Shown here one piece after another: positions 1-14,208 of a DNA stretch of 64,000 nt. Below the pieces are notes generated by a model. The model worked only from the letters and a program-made list of their open reading frames with translations, was not told the DNA's origin and did no database searches. Numbering within the stretch: position 1 is the stretch's first letter; each line of letters begins with the position of its first letter. The stretch is from Eledone cirrhosa (taxonomy: Eukaryota): contig OZ024755.1 in the NCBI GenBank assembly GCA_964016885.1, positions 34,410,001 through 34,474,000 on the forward strand, written 5' to 3'. Made by a program: the position numbers and the translations under genes.

Positions 1-299
1 ACATGTTTCACTATGAAATGTAATCGATATTTGGGGAATTCAATAACCCTACAATCACCAACACAAATACTACAGTACATATTTTTAACAAACAAAGATG
101 AAGATGACAGTGGTGATGGAGGTTTGGTTTCATATCTATAATTGGGTATCTCGTGGCAATTATGTTCATAGTCTCAGTATATTGTTCTATTTATCTCTTT
201 CATCAGTTCATATTCTACCCCTACTTATCCATCACCTTTTCTTTATTGCTAAAATTCACTCCCTCTCCTATACCTTCCTCATCTATCGCTATTATTCTC

Positions 300-925
300 T
301 TCACACCCATTTCTCCCGCAGCCTCTCTCCATTTCTGCATTCTCTCTTCAGATTTCTGCAGTCAAGGCCCATGAGTTACAGCCATGTAACATCATAGTAC
401 CTACACAATCATCATACAATCTACCCTTAACTCTGAAAGTGAAGCTCTTTGTTGTCAACCAACACGACAGTCTGTTCTTACTCTAGCTACTACACCTGAG
501 CATCCATTCCCACTCCTGATTAGGCCATTTAGCTAAGAAAAACTGTCAAAAACGTCTAAAGGGTTGTCTGGCCAATTGAGGCAATCTATTTCATGAATGT
601 CCTTAGAGTTTATTTCCTCTGTACATCTGCTGCATACAAAGTTGACCGTTTCAGATACCCTGCTTGTAATGTCCATATGTGAGCACCTAATGGAATATCT
701 ACCTACCTCTCATTCTGACACATTGAACAAAGTCATTTCCTTGACTATTTCACAGACATCTTCTTTCCTTCTTATTAAGACCCTAATCTTTGCTTAGGTT
801 ACTTTTAGGCTTTTTTTTTTATTCTAGATTTTTTCCTTATCTGGAATTTGGTCATTAACTCTTCTACTGATTCAGCTATCATGATTAGGTCATCAACATA
901 AAGGAGTTCTTAGTGACACGACCAC
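300..925 (-). mobile_element. Decayed RTE-clade LINE fragment (RT to C-terminal region)
   Basis: Manual minus-strand translation gives ELLYVDDLIMIAES, LDVFDSFS*LNGLIRSGNGCSGVVARVRT and VKGRLYDDCVGTMMLHGCNSWAL, collinear with the RTE ORF at 34270-35490; stops and frameshifts present. Confidence 0.85.
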
Positions 926-1526
926 TTACAGTGTGGATTGGGCACTTTTGTCTTGACAACTGGTGGTGGGGTGGGGCACTGCATGGTATGGGATGAGAAC
1001 TAGGGACAGGGGGGAAATTGGGGGGAGGAATGGTTAACACAAAGGGAGGTGAATGAGAGAGGAGAAAGTAGAGGGAGGTGTTGCCTATTATATATATGCT
1101 GAGGTGTTGAAACCATGGATGCCTGAAAGAGCTAGCTGATGACCAGGTCCTTTTATATTTTGTTTCAGTCTTGTCTTTCTTCTGCTCCCTTTCACTTCTT
1201 TCATTGTTATTGTCATTTGTTGTCAATGTAACATCTTTATGTCCTCTTTCTTTCCATCATGTCTGTGTTATTATTTTATTTCATCTCTTCCTTGTTACCA
1301 CCCTTTTACCATCCAAGTACTCAGCACACATACACATATATACATATATACATATATATATATATATAAGAACAAAAGATGGTTAAAAGAGTTCCATGTA
1401 TTTTATTATGCGCATTTCAAAAACAAATATCATCATGCAATAATATTTGTGTTTTCATCAGATAAAACATGAAGACATGATATGAAGGTTAAAAAACACT
1501 TGTGGATAGTTCAGTTCACCTCCTAC

Positions 1527-1580
<54 letters not shown>

Positions 1581-1604
1581 TACATATATATATATATATA
1601 TATG

Positions 1605-1930
1605 ATGGCTGCCCCCTCGCTATCGAGTATGGCCATTGCATGATATACCATGATATACCATTATTAATAATTATTAATTAATTCTATCGTGCAATGCCAG
1701 TGCATGAAGATATTTTTTAAAGTGAGGAAAGACTGTGCACTGAGCCAATCCCACTCTCTGAGTGACAGTAACTATAACCCGAAAAGAAGAAAAGATCAAC
1801 ATCATCGGTAACTACTGAGCTGCAGGTTTTATATCAGAGTTATCCCAGTTTCCTGAGTTGCCTTCTCCTAGAAGAATGCCCTGACAAAGGCTAGGGGTCC
1901 TTCACTCCCAGTGGTTTAACCACGCGGTAC
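1605..1930 (-). mobile_element. Possible RTE 5'UTR-derived non-autonomous element
   Basis: Minus strand has CTAGGAGAAGGCAACTC...CTGATATAAAACC, recalled as an RTE 5'UTR-like motif; sits next to a (TA)n tract. Confidence 0.3.
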
Positions 1931-2154
1931 ATGTGTATATACATATTTACACACTTTTGGATGGCAGTTGACTCTTATAAGTTCTTCCGCCCTTTGTCAG
2001 GCTTTGTCTTTTGTCCTGCAGGGCATCCAAAATCACCCTCCTCACCAAGTAAACTTGGTGGGGTTGCCAGTTTAGTTGCCGGTTTAGTCGCCGATGACCC
2101 GACCATGCGACAGGTTGTACTGGATTACATGTTGGTATGTATGGGCGACTGCCA

Positions 2155-2510
2155 CATGTGTCACATATGTGTTGTCTGAGGGTCACATGTGTTGTCTGAG
2201 TGTCACATGTGTGTTGTCTGAGGGCCACATGGGTCACACATGTGTTGTCTGAGGGTCCAATAGGTCACATATGTGTTGTCTGAGGGTCACATGGGTCACA
2301 CGTGTTGTCTGAGGGCCACATGGGTCACATATGTGTTGTCTGAGAGCCACATGGGTCACATATGTGTTGTCTGAGAGCCACATGGGTCACATATGTGTTG
2401 TCTGAGAGCCACATGGGTCACATATGCGTTGTCTGAGGGCCACATGGGTCACATATGTGTTGTCTGAGGGCCACATGGGTCACATATGTGTTGTCTGAGG
2501 GCCACACATG
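2155..2510. repeat. Minisatellite, 31-bp unit GTGTTGTCTGAGGGCCACATGGGTCACATAT
   Basis: About 11 tandem units visible; the first few are shorter. Confidence 0.95.
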
Positions 2511-2584
2511 ATAATTAATTGCGCACATTACAACTGATATTTTTTATTTTATATTACGGCCACGCTGTTAAAACCTTTGTGTGG

Positions 2585-2955
2585 GCTGCAGGTGTGCCTG
2601 TAAAGGGCCACAGGTGTGCCTATAAAGGGCCGCAGGTGTGCCTGTAAAGGGCCGCAGATGTGCCTGTAAAGGGCCGCAGGTGTGCCTGTAAAGGGCCGCA
2701 GGTGAGCCTGTAAAAGGCCGCAGGTGAGCCTGTAAAGGGCCGCCCACAGGTGTGCCTGTAAAGGGCCGCAGGTGAGCCTGTAAAAGGCCGCAGGTGAGCC
2801 TGTAAAGGGCCGCCCACAGGTGTGCCTGTAAAGGGCCGCAGGCGTTGCCTGTAAAGGGCTGCTCACAGGTGTGCCTGTAAAGGGCCACAGGTGTGCCTGT
2901 AAAGGGACGCAGGTGTGCCTGTAAAGGGACGCAGGTGTGCCTGTAAAGGGACGCA
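2585..2955. repeat. Minisatellite, 22-bp unit GCAGGTGTGCCTGTAAAGGGCC (some 26-bp variants), next to a hAT-like terminus
   Basis: About 16 tandem units; minus strand at ~2970 reads CAGGCATATCAAACATGCGTCCC, resembling hAT/Charlie-type TIRs. Confidence 0.9.
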
Positions 2956-3414
2956 TGTTTGATATGCCTGCTTTACACCACACACCTTTGTATATATGTA
3001 TGTATGTAAAGGGGTAGTTTCTTTTCTGACATATGTATGTATGTGAGTGTGTATGCAAAGGGATAGTTTCTAGATAGAAAAGCTAAAACACAGAAATAAA
3101 TATCTTATAATATTCCCTTTGGTTTTACAGTATTCTTAATAATATATGTTTGTCTCCTACTTAGTTGAAAAATATCAAAATATGTGTTATTGTGTTAATA
3201 GGAAGTAGACTTGAAGAAGTTAAATAATATAACACAAATGATTTCAACAAGAAATCACATATGGATTGTGGAATGACAACTGTATCAGGGGACATGACAC
3301 AGTGCTATGTGTAACCTACATTGTATTTTAATTTAGCTCTTGACAAAGTGGCAGAGTCATTACAGAGTCTGATTAGATGTCTTGCTATTTGTTCTGGCTT
3401 TCTATTCCCTGAGT

Positions 3415-3832
3415 TTAACCCTTTAGCATTTTCATTACTCTATATATACTATTGTATTTTCGCAATAAAGGCTTTACCTCACATAGTATTGAATCTACGA
3501 GATTTTGAAATTATTCATTTTGAGAAAAATACCTTAACATGTGTATGGGTGGCTGGCTACAGTCAATTTGAATAGAAAGTGGTGAGAGAATTCTGGCCGG
3601 ATAGGTTTAACCCTTTAGCCTTTCGATTACTCTATATTTATTATTGTATTTTCACAGTAAAGACTTTATCTCACATAATTATCCCACATAAATAATCTAT
3701 GAGATATTGATATTATTCATTTTGATAACAATACCTTAACATAAGTATGAGGGGCTAGTTACGACCAGTTTGTACACAAAAAATTGAGAGAATTCTGGCC
3801 AGATATGGCTGGTTTAAATGCTAAAGGCTTAA
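3415..3832 (+). mobile_element. Two tandem copies of a piggyBac-like MITE
   Basis: TTAA|CCCTTTAGC starts at 3415 and 3607; ends TAAATGCTAAAGGC|TTAA; same body as other copies. Confidence 0.85.
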
Positions 3833-4191
3833 CATCCATTGTATCCAGATGATTCTTTTACACTCTAGCAGAGATAGAACTGAATCAGCACCTACAGCAT
3901 CAAACCCAAAATTGGCATCAAATGGGATGGCTAGGATATAAATTCTGGCCGGATACGGCCAGTTTAAATGGTAAAGGTTTAAATCCTGCAGAGGCCAACT
4001 TTGTCTTTCATCTTTACAAGAGTCAATAAATAAAGTACCAGTGGTAGAATTGTTAAAGAGCCAGATGAGTTACTTTGAAACAGATGTTCTAGCTCTGTCA
4101 TTGCTCATGCTTCTGTTAGGAGTTGAGACTGATTGATAGAATCAGCATTGGATAGACCAATGTAAAAATACTTTACTTAGTCCAATTTAAT

Positions 4192-4247
4192 TGTTTCTAC
4201 TTTAGGCACAAGGCCAGCAATTACCCAGTGCATTACTGGTACTTTAT
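4192..4247 (-). mobile_element. 5'-truncated SINE (family A 3' end) with 20-bp target-site duplication
   Basis: TTTACTTAGTCCAATTTAAT at 4172-4191 and 4248-4267 flanks the SINE tail. Confidence 0.9.
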
Positions 4248-4299
4248 TTTACTTAGTCCAATTTAATGAGTGCCACTTTTCCTTTCCTAATTCTTTATT

Positions 4300-4500
4300 C
4301 TTTGAAAGAGTCACTTGCTGGGAAGTAACAACAACGGAGCTAAAGGCAAGCGAGGCACTTCCCCCCTGGAGCAGATACAAACTATGCAGTGTGGAAATGC
4401 CTAAACAGAATAAGATCTGGTGTTGGACATGCAAAAGTCACTCTTGTAAAATGGGGTTATATAAAGGATGGGGATATTGGCAGAATTTAATGAGAAAGAA
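4300..4500 (+). mobile_element. LINE C-terminal fragment, Ingi/Vingi-like
   Basis: Translation LPPGADTNYAVWKCLNRIRSGVGHAKVTLVKWGY matches the PPG..W..LNRLRTGVG..KWG pattern recalled for Vingi-type ORFs. Confidence 0.65.
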
Positions 4501-5094
4501 CAGCAATGTGTTCAGCTGTCATGGAACCACATCTAGCCAAGCTTTGTAACTGACACTCTTGTAGACACAATACAAAGAAGTTTCTTTAATTTTCACTTGA
4601 CCCTTGTGATATGATGTGACCGACTGTCACACTTGTTGGTCAGTTTATGGTCATTTTTATTTTTGTTTCCCTCTTTTTTTTCTTTCTCATACTTTGATTG
4701 AATATTTTGGTGTGTTATATATTTGAGGTGCCTCGCAATAGTTAATTGTATTTACTATATATGTTTGTATTTCCAGCCTGAAAGAATTGTGAACAATTTC
4801 TAATGCTATTTATACAACTATGAATAAAATTATGTTAAAAACTAACAGAAAAAATATCAAAACAAATAATGTTGTAGACAGTGTATACTCCACTGAATAA
4901 ATCTTACTGTATTATTAATCTCTCTCTTGGAAACATACTGGGAACATTTTATATTGGAAGTATTTCAATACCAACTCACCTAATTTCAACCCTGGTCCCA
5001 TGTTATCAATATTTCATAAACCACTCATAAACACCCATGTTCATGAATGATATTTCAATATTTATAACTGAACATATTTTATGAAATATACTCC

Positions 5095-5325
5095 TTAATC
5101 CTTTAGCATTTACATTACTCTATATAAACTATTTTTCACGGTAAAGGCTTTAACCTCACATAATTATCTTACATAATATCGAATCTATGAGATGTTGATG
5201 ATGATGATATTCATTTTGAGAACAATACCCTAACGCCAGTATGAATGGCTGGTTATAGTTGGTTGGAACAGAAAGAGGTGAGAGAAATCTGGCCAAATAT
5301 GGCTGGTTGGTTAAGTATGGTAAAG
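5095..5325 (+). mobile_element. piggyBac-like MITE copy
   Basis: TTAATCCTTTAGCATTTAC start, conserved body, degenerate right end. Confidence 0.8.
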
Positions 5326-5499
5326 CTTTGAAATTATATTTTCTAACCTTTCAAAATTCTCAAAGTTCTTGAAAGTAAATACTAAGGCAGTATATTCTCT
5401 AAGAAATGTGGTCATGAAAGTCATAAAAATATCTCAAGATACTTGGTTCTGCATTTTTACAACAAATTACAATGTTTGGGGTCTATAAGAGAGCTTTTG

Positions 5500-5700
5500 T
5501 GGTGTTATACAAGTTTTTAGCAATAGAAAGCAAAATCTCCTTTAAATCACACTTTACTATCTTAAAAAATAATAGACATATAATGATATAGTCCTAAATA
5601 TGCAGTGTCTGAATATAAAGAAGATGGTCACAGCTTGGTTGTCTTTTATTACAGATCTTCTCAGTCAGCTTCAGCGGATGCTAAACAACAACAATAAAAA
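5500..5700 (+). mobile_element. Old SINE-like 3' region (family D) ending in (CAA)n
   Basis: AAATCTCCTTTAAATCACAC...GATGGTCAC...GCTAAACAACAAC; related pieces at ~11020-11160, ~26130-26280 (-) and ~59600-60070. Confidence 0.5.
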
Positions 5701-5999
5701 CATCGCACAGCTTTTATCCTTTAGTTCATAATATCATATTAACAGTACATATACCATGATATATTGAAAAAAACATTTTGTATCCTTAATCCACTAAAAA
5801 GAAAAAAATCATTATCACAATCAATATTTCTCAATATTTCTGTGATACAGAAAATATTAATCTTTAACAGACTCTGAATGAAGAGGTTAAAAAGAAAATT
5901 ACCAAAATATCATTACAAATATAAATACTAAAAAGGTAAAATCCTCTTCATACTTATTTCATTTCTCATATGAATCACAAGTTTTATTTTTTTTTATTA

Positions 6000-6225
6000 C
6001 ATATATATGTACATATGTATGTGAGTATATATTTATCTATCTACACTCACACACATACAAATATATATATATATATATATATACAACACATATATACACA
6101 CATTTATGTATATATATAAATACATATATATATAAACATAAATACAGATATATATAAACATAAATACAGATATATACATAAATACATATATATATAAACA
6201 TAAATACAGATATATACATAAATAC

Positions 6226-6290
<65 letters not shown>

Positions 6291-6464
6291 CACACATATA
6301 TATATATATACATACATATATATACACATATATATATATATACATACATATATATATATATACATATATATATACATACATATATATATATATACATACA
6401 TACATATATATATATATACATACATATATATATACACATATATATATACACATATATATATATA

Positions 6465-6495
<31 letters not shown>

Positions 6496-6513
6496 ACATA
6501 TATATATATACAC

Positions 6514-6544
<31 letters not shown>

Positions 6545-6549
6545 CATAC

Positions 6550-6598
<49 letters not shown>

Positions 6599-6617
6599 CA
6601 CATATATATATATACAC

Positions 6618-6648
<31 letters not shown>

Positions 6649-6733
6649 CACATATATATATATACATATATATATATATACACATATATATATATATACA
6701 CATATATATATATACATATATATATATATACAC

Positions 6734-6788
<55 letters not shown>

Positions 6789-7259
6789 TATATATACATA
6801 TATATATATGTATAAATATATATGTATAAATATATATATGTATAAATATATATATGTATAAATATATATGTATATATATTTATATATGTATAAATATATA
6901 TATGTATAAATATATATGAATATATATTTATATATATATATATATCATGATGATGATGATGATGATGATATATATATATAAATATATATTCATATATATT
7001 TATACATATATATATTTATACATATATAAATATATATACATATATATTTATACATATATATATTTATACATATATAAATATATATACATATATATTTATA
7101 CATATACATATATATACATATATATATATATACATATATATACATATATATATATATACATATATATACATATACATATATATATATATACATATATATA
7201 CATATATATATATATACATATATATACATATACATATATATATATATACATATATATAC

Positions 7260-7290
<31 letters not shown>

Positions 7291-7553
7291 CATATATATA
7301 CATATATATATATATACATATATATACATATATATATATACATATATATATATACATATATATATATACATATGCATATATATATATACATATATATATA
7401 TACATATATATATACATAGATATATATACATATATATATACATAGATATATATACATATATATATACATAGATATATAGATATATACATATATATACATA
7501 TATATATATACATATATATATACATAGATATATAGATATATACATATATATAC

Positions 7554-7623
<70 letters not shown>

Positions 7624-7976
7624 ATATCTATACATACACATACACACATATATATACATACACATACACACATATATATACATACATATATACATATATA
7701 TACATACATATATATACATACGTATACATATATATATACATATATATATATATCATCATTATTTAAAACATTAAATGATGATGATAATGTATATATATTT
7801 ATATATATATATATGAATACACATATGTACATATGTATATAAATTATATATATATAATAATTTACTTGCATACTTTCATATAAATATACTTCATACATAC
7901 ATTTTCATACAGTGACGCAAGTATGAGGGGGTACTCATACACACACACACACACATTCTCACATACACACACACGT

Positions 7977-8065
<89 letters not shown>
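6000..8065. repeat. Compound (TA)n/(TACA)n/(CA)n microsatellite block
   Basis: Directly visible; source of the YI-repeat ORFs. Confidence 0.98.
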
Positions 8066-8066
<1 letters not shown>

Positions 8067-8103
8067 CTGATATTATCGCAGATTTCAATTAAGTAGTTTT
8101 TCT

Positions 8104-8117
8104 GTCACTACGGCAAC
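8104..8117. promoter_or_regulatory. RFX X-box-like motif GTCACTACGGCAAC
   Basis: Resembles consensus GTTGCCATGGCAAC; in unique sequence; motif match only. Confidence 0.25.
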
Positions 8118-8626
8118 AATGCATAATAGAGTTTTAAGAGAGAAGATGAAAAGGAAATGAATTTTCTCAGCTAATATTTTATTGAATTGTGTTTGAATGT
8201 GTTATAACATGTCCTAGTGTGTTTGTTATTTGTTATAATATATTTATAATAAATATATTAAATAAATAATTTGTCTTCAAGTGGGAATATCATTGATATT
8301 TACTGTTAGCTGACTATGAGAATCTACATTTTCATATGTTTAAGAGTGTCATAATATATTGTTCATGGTGATAGCATAAATAACAGAGCCCTTAAAATGT
8401 GAAGTGAAGAGGAATACAGGGATCACTCCTGTCTTATTTACTCTATTTTTTTTTTTCTTTCTTTCTTCTGCAAAGATGAATGAACCTCTGACTCCTTGTA
8501 TAAAATATATAGTAATGTTTGAGTAGACACTGATTCTAGTATTTTTTTTATTTGTGTGTGACTGTTGTTATTCATTGGACTGGAAAGGATGTTGAGAAGG
8601 TTTATACATGTGTGTGTGTGTATATA

Positions 8627-9055
8627 TCATCATCATCAGCAGCATCACAGTTTTACGTCCGTTCTTCCAAGCCAGCATAGGTTAGACGGGTTGTCTTGTT
8701 GCGGGCAGTGTCTGGTTGGCTAACATTGTCTTGCTCATACGGGAACTGATTCTGGCTTGATTTCTACAGCTGGATGTCCTTCCTGACACCAACCTCATTT
8801 ACAGTCAGTGCTGGGTGCTTTTTGTCTTTCCGTGGCGCCTACACGTCCACTTTACAGTGAGTGCTGGGTGCTTTTTTGCCGTGACACCCCCACGACCACT
8901 TTGCAGTGGAATGACAGGGACCTCAGTCCCTATCATCTCATTTCTACAGCTGAATAAACTGAAGCAATGTGAAATAAAGTGTCTTGCTCAAGGAAACAAC
9001 ACATCACCCGGTCTGAGAATTGAACTCACAACCTTTCGATTGCTCTAACCACTAA
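8627..9055 (-). mobile_element. tRNA-derived CORE-type SINE (family B), long RTE-like tail variant
   Basis: TTAGTGGTTAGAG A-box-like and GAGTTCAATTC B-box-like head, CCTTGAGCAAGACACTT core, (GAT)n tail. Confidence 0.85.
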
Positions 9056-9204
9056 ATATATATATATATATGTATATATTTATATTTGTATGTATATATG
9101 TATATGTATATATTTATATTTGTATGTATATATATATATATATATGTATATATTTATATTTGTATGTATATATATATATATATATGTATATATTTATATT
9201 TGTA

Positions 9205-9238
<34 letters not shown>

Positions 9239-9586
9239 CAAATATATAAAATTGCAAGTTTGAAGAATTATTAGATAAAATATATACATATATATAGTCT
9301 TTCCTCTCCCTAGTCCATAGAAATCAACCATATATAGCTCTGATTAATAATTTTTTGTTTAATTAATTCTTCATTGAGCCATACCCTGAAAGGTAACCAC
9401 ACTTATATATGTATTTGTGACTTTGTCTAATTATATCCATATATCCCTATATGTGTGTGTGTGTATCATCATCATCGTTTAACGTCTATCTTCCATGCTA
9501 GCATGGGTTAGATGGGAATTATTTCATTTGAGGTAAGATTGGTCGGGTGACCGTGTCTCACTCGTATAGGACTATCTATATATATA

Positions 9587-9729
9587 TACTGATGTTAAGG
9601 TATTGTTCTCAAAATAAATAACATCAATATCTCATAGATTCGATATTATGTGAGATAATTATGTGAGGTAAAGTCTTTACACAAAAATGCAATAGTAAAT
9701 ATAGAGTAATGTAAATTTTAAAGTGTTAA
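9587..9729 (-). mobile_element. piggyBac-like MITE, partial
   Basis: Reverse complement of the MITE left half, ending AAAGTGTTAA. Confidence 0.75.
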
Positions 9730-10039
9730 ACTGTATGAGTCCTTTTTTTTTAAGAAAGCAATGATGATACAAGTCAAATTTTGCTACTATTTATGGCAGG
9801 TCAAGTAGCTATCAAAATGATCTCCTATTCATGCAGATAAGTGCTATAATATATTTTTCATACAAGTTTATGTAAGATGGTTCTGCAAGTTTTATACCAA
9901 CATTTCACTTGGTTACATTCCCATGCAGATTGTATATCATAAATCTCAACAGGCTACTTGTGTATATCTGTGAATATGAATATAAACAAAATATATACTT
10001 GAGATATTTGATTCAAATAATAATTGAAATTATCTTCTC

Positions 10040-10340
10040 AGAATTGTACTGGAGCCTCCCAAAAGTCAGCTCGAAAGTGACAGAGAGGAGACTGAGGTTA
10101 GCTAAACATGCTCACCAACATTCAGAGTTGAAAATGAACTCAGTGGACCTGTGTGAGCCCCTACATGGACACACTGGACGAGGGAGGCCGAGGATAACAT
10201 ATGTTGATGTCCTATGGACAGACACTGGTCTCTGGGAGATGCAGGACATGGCAGCGATGATGAAGGACAGAGACCGCTGGAGAGAATTCTTCCATGAATC
10301 TCAAGAATTTTACCCACCGTAGATAGATATATAGATAGAT
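10040..10340 (+). mobile_element. 3' fragment of an RTE-group LINE with (TAGA)n tail
   Basis: ELYWSLPKVS..RRLRLAKH..EPLHG..GRPRITYVDVL..DTG..MKDRDRWRE; possible TSD ATTATCT(T/A)CTC. Confidence 0.8.
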
Positions 10341-11175
10341 TATCTACTCTTGTTTTCTGAAAAGGAGGAATTAATTGAACTCTAGCAAGGATTTGAACCT
10401 GGCCTCTTTAACTCTAGAGATAAAGATTATACTAGATCATAAATTGGTTGGCATCAAGCTCTACAGAACATTAATAAAGATACATTTATTTTTATTTTTA
10501 TCATTTTATTTTTTCGAAATTGCACAGCGGAAGAATTAAGCCATGCATGCATTGCAGTCATTGCACTGAAAATACGAAAGAAATACAGTCAAATTGAAAT
10601 TGTGGACATTACAGTTAATAGAATTTCTCTATAGAACCATATGCTATATTTGGAGCCATAATACATTGATTCAAACAACCATATTTTGGATATTCCATTG
10701 TGGTTGTGTAGAATAAATGTCAATAGTTGTTAAACTGTAAAGTAATCCAAGCTTAGTTGGATTAGAAAGGATAACATGGAAAATGGATGAAAAACATGAA
10801 AAGCTCTCAAATAGTTGTTCTTTATACTAATACTTTAAAGTTCAAGGACCAGGTTTTGATGTATTAGTTAGTATTGAAAATGCCAACTAAATATTTTCTA
10901 GGCTTTAGATAAATTGGAATTATTTACAGATTTTTCTTTAGAAAATAATGAAAAAACAACAATTAATTGCTAATTTCTCAAACAGGGCCAAAACCAGAGT
11001 TTTTTTTCTTTTCTCTTTTGCTAGAAAGAACAGTCAAATCTCACTCAAATTGCACTCTACCATCTTAAAAAGGAAGACAGAAAAAACATTGGATCATGCA
11101 GTTTTGAAGTAACTTATATCTGAACTGACATGAAAATCACAGTTGTGATACATTTTTATTAATTAACACAAAAAG

Positions 11176-11375
11176 TGCGGTGGATTGACAGTATCAGTAG
11201 AGGATCAGATGCCATTACAGCCCATTATGATCTGAGTTCAAATCCTGCTGAGGTTAACTTTGCCTTTTATGCTTACAGGATCGATAAAATAAAGTACCAG
11301 TCACATACTGGGGTCGATTTAATCGACTTTCCCCTACCCGAAAATTGCTGGCCTTATGCCTAAATCAAAAACCAT
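11176..11375 (+). mobile_element. tRNA-derived SINE family A (hairpin-tail variant)
   Basis: GGTGGATTGACAG head, GAGTTCAAATCC B-box, GGGGTCGATTTAATCGACTTTCCCC hairpin, TSD-like ATTAATTAACA. Confidence 0.85.
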
Positions 11376-11729
11376 TAATTAACAGAAAAGAAACATCAAT
11401 TACACTGTTAAAAATATACCTTCTAAAAAATAAAATTATGTTTATGAACAGCGCTTCTTTCTAGCTCTGTAAAGTAGTGGGAGCTCTGTTCAGAGGGACG
11501 GAGAGGGGGGCTGTTCCTGGAAAGGGCTGTGTTTGTCAAGGGGTACCTAGAGCATTTTCCCCCTTCACCCTCAATAAATCCAGCTCTGAAGCTAACTTGG
11601 AGTTAAACAACAACTATACTAAACAATTATGATCATAAGCATTGTTGGTGTAATATATACATTTACATGACTTACTAAATTTAAAATACAGTAAATTAAG
11701 GTCGACTGTGTAAAAATATACATGCATGT

Positions 11730-11975
11730 ACGCCTGGGTCAAACACAGAGGAGCTGAACTCCCACTGTCATTACATCTGTCTCTCTCACCCTCCCCATAT
11801 CTCACTATTATGAGCAAATGGGGTCCCATGTGCTGGTCGCCCCACGGCCCCGGTGGACAGAATAAAGACGACGTTTCCTGGAAGGATGGTGAGGGCGATG
11901 TGCTGGAAGAGTCATTACATCTCACAAGGCTTACACCTGCGTCTAGCCAGCTCAGTGCCTATGGTAGTGAGTAGG
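11730..11975 (-). mobile_element. CRE-like non-LTR retrotransposon 3' fragment
   Basis: Minus-strand LFQHIALTILPGNVVFIL resembles the QRxSxAxQRGNAxSIL C-terminus; homologous to 21217-21480. Confidence 0.55.
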
Positions 11976-12136
11976 GAGGTTGCTACTAAACAACCTCCCT
12001 ACTCACTACTAAACAACAACAACAAACATAAGTATATATTTCAGCACTAGTAGAATTGAAAGCCAGAATATATGAGGATGGAACTAAAATATTCTGTTTT
12101 TCTTTGTTTTTTTTATTTATTTTTGACACCTCCTTC

Positions 12137-12351
12137 TTAACCCTTTACTATTTACATTACTCTATATATACTATTGTATTTTCCTGGTAAAGGGTTTACC
12201 TCACATAATATCAAATCTATGAGATTTTGATATTATTTATTTTGAGAACAATACCTCAACATCAGTATGAGTGGCCAATTACAGCCGTTTTGAACAGAAA
12301 GAAGTGAGCAAATTCTGACCGGATATGGCCGGTTTAAATGCTAAAGGGTTA
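12137..12351 (+). mobile_element. piggyBac-like MITE copy
   Basis: TTAA|CCCTTTA...TAAATGCTAAAGGG|TTA. Confidence 0.9.
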
Positions 12352-12546
12352 GATATTTACTATTAGATATTTACTATTTGAAATGGATTTATTCAAGATG
12401 TAAATCACTACAATAATAGTTGAGAAAATTGGGTAAAGTATCCTTGGAGATGGAAAAATGTTAACATAAGTGCTGACCACTATTTTCTCTCTGCAAGGGT
12501 ACATTATACGATTTTCTCAACTATTATTTGTAATCTTTGTCTATTA

Positions 12547-12775
12547 TTAACCCTTCAGCATTTACATTACTCTATATTTACTATTGTATTTTCATGGTAA
12601 AGTCTTTACCTCACATAATTATCTCACATAATATTTAATCTAAGAGATTTTGATATTATTTATTTTGAGAACAATACCTTAACATCAGTATGAGAGGATA
12701 GTTACAGCCAGTTTGAACAGAAAGTGGTGAGAGAATTCTGGCCGGATATGACTGGTTTAAATGCTAAAGGGTTAA
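12547..12775 (+). mobile_element. piggyBac-like MITE copy (full length)
   Basis: TTAA|CCCTTCAGCATTTA...TAAATGCTAAAGGG|TTAA. Confidence 0.92.
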
Positions 12776-13369
12776 GCTTTCTGTTCTCTCAATTCAAATT
12801 CTGCTATATTATTTACCAACACTGAATTGGTCAATAACATTTAGAAGAATCCAGAGTAGGGTACAGTCAGAATTGTTAGAACATCAGATGAGATGTATTA
12901 CAGTATTTGTTCTGGTTTTGTGTATTTTGAGTTCAAATCCCACCTACTGTCACTGGGAAAATGCTGATATGATAGACCTGGGGATACTATCATTAAAGCC
13001 ATCTCATTTCCCAAAAGATTTCTATGTGATGCAATCTTTAAGAGGGTTGAGTTAATTGTTCAAGGTGCGAGCTATACTATCAGTGTGTATTCAATGACAC
13101 TAATTAAATAAGCTTTAATGAGCAGTGTAATTTAGTTCATTAGTCTACAACACTGTTGTTGCTTCAGGCCTTGTATGAAAGATTATTTTTTTCTAACAAA
13201 ATTATTTTGTCTCAATGGACACAGTTGAGTTTCATAGGATTAGTTCAACCAAGAAGTAAAAATGATATCTCTCTATAGAGGAAATAATTTGGTCTTATAG
13301 AAATAACTCAGTAGTCTTGGAGTAGCAGCAAATATGAGGGGTGGAAGAAAGGTAAGGTTAAAATAGAAG

Positions 13370-13725
13370 GAATGATGAGTAAAGAGGAGGAGAGGGATGA
13401 GGAAATGAAGGCAAGAGAGAAAAGTTAAGATGAAAAGAAACAAAAATACATGGAGGAGGAGGAGGGGGTGGAGAAGGAGGAGGGGTGGAGGAAGAGGAGG
13501 GGGGATGGGAGAGGGGTGGGAGGAAGAGGAGGGGGATGGGAGGGGGGATGGGAGGAAGAGGAGGATGGGGGGGGGGGGGAGAGAAAAAAGAACAGCAGCA
13601 ACAACAACTATAACAACAGCAATAGCAAAAATAACAACAGCAATAACAACAACACCAACACCAACACCAACACCAACAGCAACAACAATAACGACAGCAG
13701 CTGCAGCAACAAACATGCTTGTTCT

Positions 13726-13761
<36 letters not shown>

Positions 13762-13990
13762 CAAACAAACACACACACAAAAACATATATACAAACACAC
13801 ACACATACACAAACCCACACACACATGCACATACATGCATACAAACATATACACAAACACACACATACACACATGCACACACATACACACAAACATACAT
13901 ACACACACACACACAAACTCACAAACATACACTAACACACAAACATACACACACAAACAACCACACAAACACACACACAAACATATGACC
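13370..13990. repeat. Low-complexity (GGA)n, (AAC)n and (CA)n tracts
   Basis: Directly visible. Confidence 0.95.
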
Positions 13991-14208
13991 ATACATCAGT
14001 AAGGTAGACACAGCTATATGCTCTCCTATATAAGAGAGAAGAAGAAGCTATGTTTAATGGTGGTTTTATTCTGAATTAAGTCATCTTATCCCCCAAGGTG
14101 TATCCTAAAGGCAGAGTTTCTAGCTTAAGGTTTCATCTTAGGGTTTTTATGAATCATGGCATTTCTACGTAGCTTCTAGTTAGTTAGTGCAGGTGGATGG
14201 AAATAACC

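Noticed and set aside
6033-7898. Long Tyr/Ile ORFs (also at 33.8, 50.1 and 56.1 kb)
   Set aside because: Translations of (TA)n microsatellites
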